Assembly: GCA_046563655.1 (NCBI GenBank)
Contig: CM102283.1
Span: forward strand, 2,728,001 to 2,792,000
From: Yuukianura sp. NJ FZ-2021
Taxonomy: Eukaryota
Direction: 5' to 3'
DNA: 64,000 nucleotides
Below are positions 11,637-23,782 of this stretch, piece after piece; the first letter of the stretch is position 1; every line of letters begins with the position of its first letter. Position numbers and translations under genes: made by a program. The notes beneath the pieces were generated by a model. The model searched no databases, had not been told where the DNA came from, and saw only the letters and a list, made by a program, of their open reading frames with translations.

Positions 11637-12759
11637 ATTTAAATTTTCGTAATTTTGAGATTGTTAGGATTATGAAATTGAAGGAAATGGAAGTCTCCGA
11701 ATATCTCAAACTCTAATGAAGAATCTTCACTGACAATTCACTTGCTACAGGTTTCGTCCTTTTATTCTTCCGAGTTCTTAACTGTTTCATTTTTTTAAAG
11801 CGTCCAGTCCAATGCTAAAATTAAATCCTAATTGTCGGATTTTAAACATCATTTTAAGTACTACTAATTCGATTTTAGTGGAACACCAATTCTATTGCAC
11901 ATTGAAGGTATCCAATAATTAACCAACTTTAGTACGCAAAAAATCATAAACTTGCCACAAAGTTATTGTTACAAAAGCAATGAACTTACTCTCATTGGAT
12001 TTTTGAATTATGGAATTGCACATACGAGACTACGCATAATTGCACAGTAACGAAATAACCTTTATTTTAATGCTAAGTAAAATTTAACATTGCGCGTCTA
12101 TAATTAGCTTCTGGATTGCTCATGAAAAGTGCGACAATTAACTTCCTTAAGAAATTAAAAATTTTTATAACTCCAAAAACCACGACATACAGTTAGTTTC
12201 ACAATTCAAATTTTAAACAATATTTTACCCATTCGTTTTTATTAACACAAAAACATTATTTCACTCCAACAAGACTTTCACGGTAATTATTTAGCTGGTA
12301 AAGGATAGTAAATTTCTTGGTTTCGATCTTTCTTTTTTTTCAAAAAGAAAATTATTTTGGCTTTTTTGTGTGCATAAAGTTGTTGATGTTTGTATTTAGG
12401 CTGCAGAATGGCGCGAAATTCAAATGAACCAACGCCATTTCTGAATTTGGACAACTACATCAATTGTTTTATGTGAATTTTGAAACTTACATGGTATTAT
12501 CTTGAAGTATAAGTTACCTTTGGTAAATGCATTGTGTTTTTAGATAAGATAAGTGTTGTTGTAAAGAATCGTATCATGTTTATACTAAAATAGTCAGTGT
12601 CACATGAGGTCACATGTTTTTACAAAAAGTTTAAGTGTTGTGTCAGGCAGGCATTAGCTATTAAGGAAAAATACTTTAGTGTACCTGTGTGCGTGACCAA
12701 ACGAGACGACATCGAAACATTTCTTATTTTGAAATTTGTTAGTTTCGAACATTTTCGAA

Positions 12760-15700
12760 ATGGTTTCTTGGTTCAAAAACGGGAATACGAACGGGGACAA
12801 GTCTGAATATGAGCCGTTGTACCCCCTTCCACCGCCGCGGCGTGGTCAAAGTCAGATGCTCAAGTACGTTACACTCTGTGGCGTTCTCTGCTTGGGCGTG
12901 GTGGCAGTCATTGTTGTTCTAGTTCTGAACGGAGCCGAGACTCCTGTGACGACAACTGAAAATGTGACGAACGACGGAGCAGCAGTTGCTCCGGTGCTGT
13001 TGAAAGCAACTGCTGCTGGAAGTGAGCTGCCAACAATGTTTACCATCGCTGATCGCAACCCAACGCGTCCGCGGTTTCCGTTTCCACCGTTCGAGGCTGA
13101 AGAAGCAGACTCGGCTAGAATCAACTGGAGATGGAATAGGGGGCGGGGCAAAGTATCAACTACAACAACAACCATAGCGCCACTACTGGTGGAGGAAGAA
13201 GACATTTTGGTGGAGGTGGACCAAGGAGTTCTGCGCGGCACGAAAATGAAGTCTCGCGCGGGGCGTGAATTTTTGGCGTTTATGGGTATTCCGTATGCGA
13301 AGCCACCTTTGGGAGAATTACGGTTCCAGGTAACTGCAAGGCAGATGGAACTTTTCTAAAATTTTGAATTTCAAAACTGAAATTTGTTTTTTTGTTTTCA
13401 ATAGCCTCCAGTTGAAGCTGAACCTTGGGAAGGAGTGCTCAACGCAACTGAAATTCCACTGGAATGTATTCAAAAAGACAAGTACAATTTGGATCCCGCA
13501 GCGGTCAAAGGGCACGAAGATTGTTTGTACTTGAATGTCTACGTGCCTAAGGTAAACAAAACTTTTTAGACAAACTAACATAATATTCATAAGTTTTTAA
13601 ACTTTTTTCATTTTTTGTTTTAGAAATATGATGAACTGAGACGACGCAGACACCGATTTCCGGTGATGCTGTACATCCATGGTGGCGGTCCATATGGAAA
13701 TGCTTCACGATACGGCCCGAACTACTTCATGGACGAAGATGTTGTTCTCATCATGATGAACTACCGACTCGGAATTCTCGGTGGGAGATTTTTGGAAGCC
13801 CCAAATTTCGAAAATTTGAACATTTCTGAAAAGTTTATTGAAATTTCAGGAAATTTTAACACAAATGACACTGCAGCGACAGGGAATCAAGGCTTGAGAG
13901 ACCAGATCATGGCGATGGAGTGGATCCAAGATAACATCAAGCGATTCGGTGGAGATCGTGACAGAGTGACGCTGTTCGGAAACAGTTACGGTGCAATTGA
14001 CGTTCATGTTCACATACTCTCTCCCGCTAGCAAAGGTAAAATTTGATAAACTTTTTCAAAAAAAAGTAAGGTTTTTTGAAAATTTGCGTCAAATCTATTC
14101 CAGGACTGTTTCATCGAGCTATTTGTGAAAGCGGAGTGATGTTAGATCCTCAAGTGCTCAACGAAAATCCATCCAAAACTGCATTTGAATTTGGTCCCAA
14201 AGTCAATTGCACAACGTCCAACTCTACAGAACTCGTGGAGTGTTTGAGGTTTGCTCAATTCGAAATTTTGAATTTCATAAACTTTTTTTTGAAAGCCTTA
14301 TGATGATTTGTGTTTTTCAGAAATGTGCCAGCCAATGAACTGGCATCAAAGTCCCATTTGGATGCATTCACCATGTCAATCGATTTTCTTCCTGAAGATG
14401 GCGACAAAGACGACCAAATCATTCCGGAACATCCGCTGACTCGTATGCAAGAGGCAGACTACAATAATATTCCGGTCATTTTTGGAGTAAATTCTGGGGA
14501 AGCACTGAGCACATCACTGCGTAAGAAAAGAAAACAACAAAACGTTTCGGAATTTTGAAATTTCCGTTTCTTCCCGCCTTTTTCAGCGATTCTTAACAAT
14601 GCCACGATGACTCAAATGGTGAACGAGCATTTCAATGCTGTCATGACACCACTCCTGAAGAAGATTGGCTCCACTGCTACGGACCCTGAAATTATTGTGG
14701 ACGCCGCGCACCAATTTTATTTTGGCGGGAAAAACGTCAGTCGTGAAACGGAAGCCAACTTCACAGCTCTTCTCTCCGGTAAACTATTTATAGTATTCAA
14801 CATAGGAGTGGTACACATTTCCCGGCCACCTACCTCTTGCCCGATCACTTACTCTATTCCGACCACCTACTACTCCTCTAATCACTCAGACTATTCCGAC
14901 CACCTACCACTTCTCCGATCACTCACACTATGCGGACCACTTACCACTTCTCCGATCACTCACACTATGCGGACCACTTACCACTTCTCCGATCACTTAT
15001 GCGGACCACCTACCACTTCTCCGATCACTTTCATATTCCGACCACCTACCACTTTTCCGATTACCTACCACTTCTCCGATCACTTAAACTATTCCGACCA
15101 CCTACCACTTCTCCGATTACTTACATTATGCGGACCACCTACCACTTCTCCGATCACTTTCATATTCCAAACAGCTGCCACTTTTACGACCACTTACACT
15201 ATTCCGACCACCTACCACTTCTCCGACCAATTACAGCCCGATCATCATCCGCTTTGAAAATTTTGTACAAATTTTAAAAATGTTTACCTAGGTAATATTG
15301 TTTCAACTTATAACAGATCGCTCAACCATTCATATGGTAATGACTTCGGCCAACTTTCAAGCTATGAACAACAGACGACGGAAACACGTTTACCTCTACT
15401 ACTTCAACTGGGAAGTGGCAAAGAAGTACAGTCGTGTTGCCGAAGCCACCTACCAACCAGACCATTTTCTTGGTACACTTTTCAAAACTTAAACTTCTTC
15501 AAAAATTACAGTTTTTCAAATTTTTTGACTTTTTGGAAATGTAGGAGCTGCCCATGCCGATGAACTGCAAATGCTGTTTCCCTACGACGACTTCCCCTAC
15601 ATTCCTCTGGACTCTGTTCATGCCAATTTGTCTTTAACGATGGTCAAGCTCTGGGCGACGTTTGCTGCCGACGGAGTGCCTTCAGGAACAGCCAATGAGT

Positions 15701-15873
15701 GGGAGCCAATCAAAGCAGATCAAAAACCGTTCAAACTTTTTGAACTGAACTCAAATTCACTGAAAATGATTGATCCAATTGGAGAACGCATGGCATTTTG
15801 GGACCAGTGGAACCTCACTGACCTCTATGTGACCAAGGATCCACTTCATCCTGTCACAGCTACTCCACCATAG
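12760..15873 (+). CDS. Type II membrane-anchored carboxyl/cholinesterase, copy 2
   Basis: Same exon structure and motifs as 3363-7161 (GNSYG, GVNSGE, GAAHADEL). The last 100 aa are identical to copy 1. Confidence 0.93.
14822..15236. repeat. Expanded ~37-bp minisatellite in the esterase copy 2 intron
   Basis: Roughly 11-12 units of ccgaccacctaccacttctccgatcactt... This explains the spurious ORFs 14607..15257 (3' part) and 14930..15277. Confidence 0.9.
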
Positions 15874-17287
15874 ACTATCTAAGAATATCTCCAAAATATC
15901 TCGAGATATCTCAAAATATCTCCAATTTGACCAACCCGCTGGAGATATTCGGTCGAACTTTCTTGGCAGACGAAGAAACATTGGCGTACTTTGGATTCAA
16001 TTTAATTCGTTTTTTTCTCATTCTAGTAAATTTCTGTGACCTTTGACCTAATTTGCCAAAATTTTGGCCTTTTCTGAATTTTTTTTTAGCTGAAATTGAA
16101 ATTTTGTTGAATTATGTGCTCAATTGGGTGTGAGTTTCCACACGGGTCTTTAAAGTTGTGTGATGACTGGCTATATTGATTGAAGCGATTACTTAATGCT
16201 GAACAAACAATAGGAGGAGCGGATTAAGAAGCTGTTTATCAGTTCATTAATATTGAGGCTAATTGCGTGATTTAAAGTGACTTTAAAATTAAGTCACTTC
16301 CAAGGCTCCTTATGGAAGACTCAAATTCTCACCTCAACTCTTTTGCATAATCATTACATTTATGAAGGCTCCAAATAGTTTGTCGAAAGTGGGAAAATTC
16401 GTAAGGATACGTCAGGACACCGCCTCCATTGTGTTTTATTTTTACGAAGAAAAAAGTCTAAAAACTCAAATTTTGAACACGCAAAGGACGACGCAAGTCT
16501 TCACGAAAAGTGAATTTTAGGAAGAGTTTTTTCAATTTTTTGTGTACAGAAATTTAATGTCTTAATTTCTCAGTTTAAAATTAGGTTTAATTAAGTCAGT
16601 TAGGGGGGGGGGTTGTGATAACTTTTGAAGGGGGGGGTATGTTTCATTGTTACAGTTAGGGGGGGGGGGTTAAGTATAATGCAGAATTGCCCCCCCCCCA
16701 TCTACTTTTGGGGGAAGGGGGCAATAGTCTTCTGCCGACTTAAGTCGTGGTTTTATGCATGAAGAAAGAAAGTCAGAAATTGATACGTTTCCTTAAATTT
16801 TGAGTTTTTTCAAGCTTTAAAATACAATAGAAGATGAGCCCCCTTAACAACTTTTGCCACTTCAGTTGGAAGATGGCAAAAAATGGCACCCGCGCGCCCT
16901 TTTCAGAGAAGATGGTTAGTATTCAAAGGTATTCTGAGTTCGTTTTTGCATGTACTCTTTTGAATTTTCCCACACTCAATTTGCCATTTCTTCTGCTGTA
17001 TCATCACTGACTTTCAGTTTTTGGTGTAAAAGTTACATCACTGTTTTCAGTTAGTCTAGATCAACCCAAGGGACCACCAACACTTAACTTATCAATTGTT
17101 CCAAAAAATTATAAGGTTCAAGTAATAACAGAAAATTTTACAAAAATTTCATTTGAATGTAAATTTTTTGAATGTTGCCGCCCGTCTGAAGTTTTAAATA
17201 CAAAAAAAGTTCTGGACTTTTTTTTATACCTTCGTAAGAACGTTTTCTGCTTTTGACATCTTGAAAACCGATTTTTCGATTTTCAAA

Positions 17288-20200
17288 ATGAAGCGGCTCA
17301 CTACAGTCAGCGTCCTGGTTGTTACTCTGCTGCTGATACTTCAAGGTACGTCTCGGTTAAACTTTTTTTTTTAGACTTTTTGAAAGTTTCAATTTTTTTT
17401 TTTTTTTTATAAATTTTTGTCGACAAGGCATGACAAATTTCCATTTTTTGAACTTAAAGATTAATTGATTGTCTAAAAATAACTTTCGCCGGTCTCATTT
17501 CCTGTATTTTTCGTCGTTTTTTTTTCTGCGTGACAAAAAACGAGTTTAAAAAGACACAACGACGGATTCAAAATTTTCAATTTTTTACGTTTCTAATCTC
17601 ATGGTGGCACAACTTCAAAGGTTTAATTTCCAGAAAAACTTATGCAATTTTGAGTTTGATTAGCTCTAACTCAAAATTATTAAAAATTTGACTCAGAGAT
17701 GAAAATAATACAGAAATTTTAGAACTAAAATTAATTTTTGAGGACAAATGATGTTACAAAAGACAGACAATCTCAAAATCCTCATCTTTTTCATCAAGTG
17801 AGACTAATTACAGGCTTCTTGTGTCTCATTCTTTTTTAAATTACTATTTCATACTCCCTTTTGTTTTTTTCCTCTTTTGTTTTTATAACTTTTTGACGTG
17901 ATTGACTCAATTACAAGTTTTGGGATGCGCTCAAGGTAATTTATTTTCAAATAGTTCAATTACTCCGCTTTGTTCATGTTTTTAAAAGTGCCGCGAGCTC
18001 TCTTTACGTGTCAGTTTTTGAAAATGGTGTAATTTTTAGAACAATTAAAAAGTTTATGTTATTGTTCCCACGTTGGAGAATCTTTGAAATCTTCTCTGCA
18101 TGTAACCTTGGACTCAATTTCTTAATTAGTGACTACTTTTAAACATGTAATTAATAAAAGTTAGGTTTGGGTTTAAAAGTGACTTAATTTTCCAAAAATT
18201 TTGCAAAGCATGCTTCCTTTTCTGTTTGCCAATTTGCAAATTTGCCAATTCGCGAATTTTGAAAAATGTAGGTGCCTCTTCAAGTCCGTCAGTTGGCACT
18301 AATTTTTGCATCCTACATGGCTTATTTTAACAATGACAATTTCCTAATTCGTAAAATTCCATTTACATGCACCTAAGGGCGTGTGCTTCGCACGCTTCAG
18401 AAATTCGACAATCCTGCAATTGTTCTAAAAATTTCAACATATTCTAAATTTTCAAAATTTTAATATTCAAAAGCAACGTGTTAAAACTAAATCCATTTGT
18501 TGACCGTCAACACCAATCAGGCGACATTCCAATTTTTATTAACTTTATTTTTGGGCAAATTGACAAATTTCTTGCTTTGAGAAGTTGATTTTGCCAAAGT
18601 AATTGCAATGTTTTCTCAATCAAATTTCACTTTTAATCGTAATTCGAAATTGTAATTTGCACAACGGGTCCTGTGACAGACAGGAAATTTGCAGAGGTGT
18701 TATCTTCTAGGAAGTGGAAATGCATTTTTCTATCTCCCAGCAAAAAATAAACATTGTTATTGTTAATTCAGAGTCTAACAAAGATATAATTAGGAGTTCA
18801 ATTAAGTCTCAACTTTAACAGCTTTCAAATGCTCGTCCTCTAACACAATTAACTTCCGCGCAGTTGGAGATTCACTAAAGCGCGACAATAATTTTCGTCA
18901 AGAACATCAATTCAAGTTTCAAACAAAACCTTCAAGCTCAATTTTTTCAAATTTCAAATTTCGAAAACATCCATTTCCGCTCCCTTAGCTCATTTTTCCA
19001 AAATTTTAAAAGTACCATATGCATTTCCTATCAGAAAGGCCGAAACTGTATACAAGTTGTACAAACTCTTGCAATTCTGGAATTTTTACTAAAGCTTAAA
19101 AAATTTTTTGCACCGTGGACTACAGTAAAAACTTAAAAATTTGTTACAACTTCGACAAAAACTGGAACATTTTGTGCTACTTTGACTCCAACATAAAAAG
19201 TTGTGCCTTTGACTAAAAGTGAAAAATTTGATGAAAGTTTAACTATCAGTTCAAAATTTGCTACCACTTTGACAAAAACTGAAAACTTTGGGTGCAACAT
19301 TGCATTGATTAAAACTTTAAAATTTGATGCAACTTTAACAAAAATTGAAAAATTTTATGCAGCATTTCCAAACTGAAATGAAAAATGGATTCAATTCTGA
19401 TTGTTATGTAACAAAACTGAAGGTCGTGACTTTTGTGTAGTCTATTTTGCATAGGATATTACATTTCTAGCACAGTACAGTATATTTTAAACTATGTTAT
19501 AGTACTTATAGTATTTTGATGTTACAGAAATGGTGCCAGAAGTGGAGTCAGCCAGAGTCCGTGTTGTAAAAGTGAAGAAGACACGACACGTAAGTCAAGG
19601 AAGTTGTCGAAGGATGAGAAATTTAAAATTGACAATAAATAATCACAATAATTATACAGTTCCGTAGTCACTCCAACAGTTAAGATTAAGACAAGATTAT
19701 GTAAGGATTACCTCAAAGTTTCACTTTCTAGGCTATAAAGTTACGTCTTTAACCTAACATTAGCCTAGGGTAATCCAACCATTCTATTAAGGCAATATTA
19801 TGCATTCGGCATAGTCTACCTTCAATTAGGTTATGTAATTGGTCACTTTTGTTCTTTTTAGGACAAAAGACAAGCGTCTGCCCGCGGCGGTTATCCTCAA
19901 GAGGTCATAGGTCAATCTTTCGATGGCTCGAACAACCCTGACCTCAAGCTCAAGCCTGAAGACAATCCTTATAACGCCGGTAATCGAAAAGTCGATTACC
20001 CGCTGCTTAATCAAAATCAAAATAATCAATTTGGCACAAGTAATCAACCGAATAGGAATTTCCAAAACACTCCTGCGCAATCGCAACAACAACAAAATCA
20101 ACAAAGACGCCAACAGCAACAACAACAACAGAGACAGCAACAACGACGACCTTCTCATAACAGCGGTAAGAATATTCAAAATTTTCAAAAAAATTTACAA

Positions 20201-23200
20201 ATTTTGAGATTTAGTTTGGCTAAAAACAAAAAAATTTAAAGGGATAAGATAAGACGAAAATTTTCACCCAAAAGAAGAAATCGAACGAAATTTTTAAACG
20301 TCTCATCTAGATTGCTCTTCTTGATTACTTTTTGCAAAGTCTTAAAGTTTTCTCGATTACTCTCGCGATTTAAACAGTTTCGATTACTTTTTCGCGTTTT
20401 TTACTTTTTGGCCATCAATTTGAGTGATTTGCAGTAAAGATTTTGGGTTTTGTTGAAAAGTTTGATAAAATCGAGTAAAACCAAAGGCATGAGAATTCAA
20501 TATTGAAAATGTGTTGATACACTTGAAGGCCGAATTTAAATCTTCTTTAACCATCTTCCTAGTTAACTAAACTTTTAAATTGTTTTTCATCACGATTTTT
20601 TCAAATGATTTAACAAGGTTCAATCATAAAATTGTTCCAATCATAAACTCATGCTGTCAATGATGCTCATAAATTTTTATTTCTATTTATTTTTTTTCCA
20701 AAAAAGTTGAGTTTAGTGGGAAATAGTGGAAGGGATGTGCCAATATCATAACAATGTAATCACTTTATCTCATCTTCAGATCTTCCTAGACAATAGTCTC
20801 TTCACACCAGTAGAACAATTCCTAAGGGCCCTCAAGTACCCCCCAGTGACACAATCCTTATATAATCCACTTCCCTTTGTTCCTCCACGTAAAGACTCTC
20901 ATTCAAGTCTCAATTGCACCGTAATTACAAATTCCCAGGGAAAAGATTAGGATCTTCTTCTTTTGAGCAGAGGAATTCACAAGGGACTTTGCAAAATATT
21001 TGCACAAACTACTCAAAAAGAATGAAAAAGTGATTCACTTAGGAAATTCTACCAGTTTCTCCTGACCTTTTTTCAGCTAAAAACATAACCTCTTTCAATC
21101 AATGAAAAAAAAACATCGCTTTTTGCATTTTTTGTTATTTTTGCACAGAATTGCAATTGAAACTTTGCAAAATTCTCACGGAGTTATGCTTCATCGTACT
21201 TTTGTTCAGAAATTTCAGTCATCGCACGCTTTGAAAAACTTGCATAAACTTTTGTTTTGATTAATAAAGAAAAAAGGAGAAAAAGTAAACGGAAAAAACT
21301 TTGCTCAAAAAAAGACACAAATTAACCTCTTTCACCACTAATTTTTTTTCGTAGTTTGGAATTTCTACAAAATTTTGAATTTTTTGAACTTTTTTTTTGT
21401 ACATTTTTGTGTGTAGGAGCTTATGATGGTGGTGACGACCACTGCGAAGGTTGTGGCAGCGGAATTCCTGGAACTGCTGGAACTGACTATCCGACGTACA
21501 CGGCTTTGCCTAAAACGAACTTTGAATGCAAAAAGCAACAATGGCCTGGTTACTACGCAGACACAGACGCAAGGTGTCAGGTGAGTTTGACCTGCGCAGT
21601 GCATTCTGCGCATGATTGACAAAACTACGATTGATCTGATCATAGTGTTTTATGAAGCAACGTAGCAACGAATGCTTAAAACACTTACAAAAGTGGAAGA
21701 ACTCCAGAATTTTGATTTTGGATTTTTCAGAATTTTGAAACTAAACTTTGGAGTGCCTTTTTTTTCAAATTTTGTAGGTCTTTTGGATTTGCCAAAAAGA
21801 TCGAGCTGATGCCTTCCTGTGTCCGAACGGAACTCTGTTCAATCAACAAGTCTTCGTTTGTGATTGGTGGTTCAATGTTGACTGTGGAGCTGCTCCGGAA
21901 TTCTACTCTCGTAACCAGTACATCTACGGTGGTCCAGGAATTGACATTTTTGGCAACGCAGTACCCATTGGCACCCACCAAAATACTGCCAGCATTCCTC
22001 AGCGAGCAAGAATTCCCACCAACCGTCCACCAGTTAACACCAACTTTCAACAACATGCCCCACCAACCGTAATTCCCATCAATACGTTCGCCACTAACAA
22101 CAATGCCCCACCCCGCCCCACCAATACTTACCAAACAAGCATTCCTATTATCCAAACTACTCCGGACAACAAACGAATTTTGAATCAGGCGCCACAAAAT
22201 CCTTCGTCCAATTACCGACGGGCCACGCAAACCTCAAGTCCTCGCGCCAACAAAATTTTTGTGCCGAATCCGCAGAAATCGCAGCAGTACAACCGTAAAA
22301 CTGAAGATGATGTGCTGGATTACCCCCAGCGAGAAGACGAGCAGTATCGTCAAGGTCAAACCGTCGCCCCACCTAGCAGTACCACCAACGCCAATACTTT
22401 TAACGTGGATTATGACCAAAACGAGTACTTGGAAAGAATTGAGCGACGATTGGTCAAGAGCGAGTCCCAAAATATTGTCAGTGGCAACAGTGGTGACAGC
22501 GACGGTGGCAACAGTTATGCCAACTACATCGAGGCACAAAAGAGACTTCATTTGGGCAGCAAATACAAACAGACCAAATCAAATTCTGGCGGCAGAAGTT
22601 ATCAACAGAATCCTTTGATTTCCAGCTCCAGTGACCTTCTGACGTCAGGCCGTCAAGATCACGTGACGTCAAGTCGTCAACAGCAACAGCGTCCAACTAG
22701 AACATACCAAAATGACAACAATTTTTCGTCAAAACAGTTTAGCCAATCACAATCCAAGTTTTCCGGATACGATTCGGACTTACCTCGGGCCGATCCTTCC
22801 GGAACTGGCTACACGACGACAACAAAACGAAATGCTTTGAGTCCCGAAGAATTTGATTTTCCAGCGATTCTGGAAGATGAAGACGCTTTGGACGATACTG
22901 AAGGTTTGAAATTCAATTTTGCCAAGATGCTGCTTCCTCCGTCCAGCACAACTCCAGCACCTACACAGCCAGCATCCGTCGTCACCAGCCGTCCATTGAG
23001 TCAAACCAAGTCACTTTATCGTAAACTGACGTACGAATCGGAACTGGCTCTTCCGACGGCTCCGTTTGAATCTGACGATCTCCGGGTGACAACACATCGT
23101 CCGTTTTCTAGACTCATTAAAATCAGCGATCCGGAGCAGCGATTGGACAAGCATCTTCAGCATTCTCAACCAGTGACGTATATTCAACTTCCAGCTCCGG

Positions 23201-23325
23201 CAGTAGGAAAAGAAGTAGATTCAGACATAACGACTCCAGCCACACCAACGTTCGGCAAGAAAATTAAGTCTGGAAAAAAACGAAACGTTTCAAATTGGAC
23301 GAGTTACTTCCACGGTAAAAACTGA
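17288..23325 (+). CDS. Secreted chitin-binding type-2 (ChtBD2/CBM14) cuticular protein, CPAP1-like
   Basis: Signal exon MKRLTTVSVLVVTLLLILQ (17288-17345), then exons ~19528-19589, 19862-20165 (Gln-rich), 21418-21580 (IPGTAGTDYP..FECKKQQWPGYYADTDARCQ) and 21778-23325 (VFWIC..AFLCPNGTLFNQQVFVCDWWFNVDC plus a low-complexity tail). Confidence 0.88.
19085..19375. repeat. Degenerate ~30-bp minisatellite in an intron
   Basis: Recurring aaaact..aaaatttg.tgcaactttgac units. Confidence 0.65.
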
Positions 23326-23782
23326 AAAAAACAACAACATAAACATAGAGTGTTTCAAAATTTCAATTTCAAAAACTTTTCTTGAACTTCACTTGAGTCG
23401 TCGCCCTTCGTCTGTTTCACTTTCCTGTTTTGAAAAAGAGATTTTATTTTTTAGAATTGCTAACTTATGGATTTGAGTAATCGAGCTAATAAAAATATAC
23501 ATAGAAACTAGGAAGTTTAAGGGGCCTATAAATGTTGTGAAAGATTGTAAAAGTATTTTGTATTACTAATAAAGAAAGTGTGAAAAACTTTTTATAAAAT
23601 TATACAAAGTGGAAAAGTTACTGAAAAAGAGATATTTCAAAAAGTTATTTTCAAAAAGGAATATTTTCCAGGAAAGTTACACATTTCAGAGCAAGCGCAG
23701 GACGGAATGGTTACCATTTCGACTTTTCAAAAAGTGAAACTTTTTCAAAATTTGAAAATTTTGCAAAATGGAGCCCAACCGT

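Noticed and set aside
14607-15277. Long Pro/Thr/His-rich ORFs
   Set aside because: Read-through into a 37-bp intronic minisatellite. The real exon ends at the GT near 14779.
16598-16670. TTAGG-like words as interstitial telomere
   Set aside because: Only isolated ttaggg followed by poly-G; there is no tandem (TTAGG)n array.
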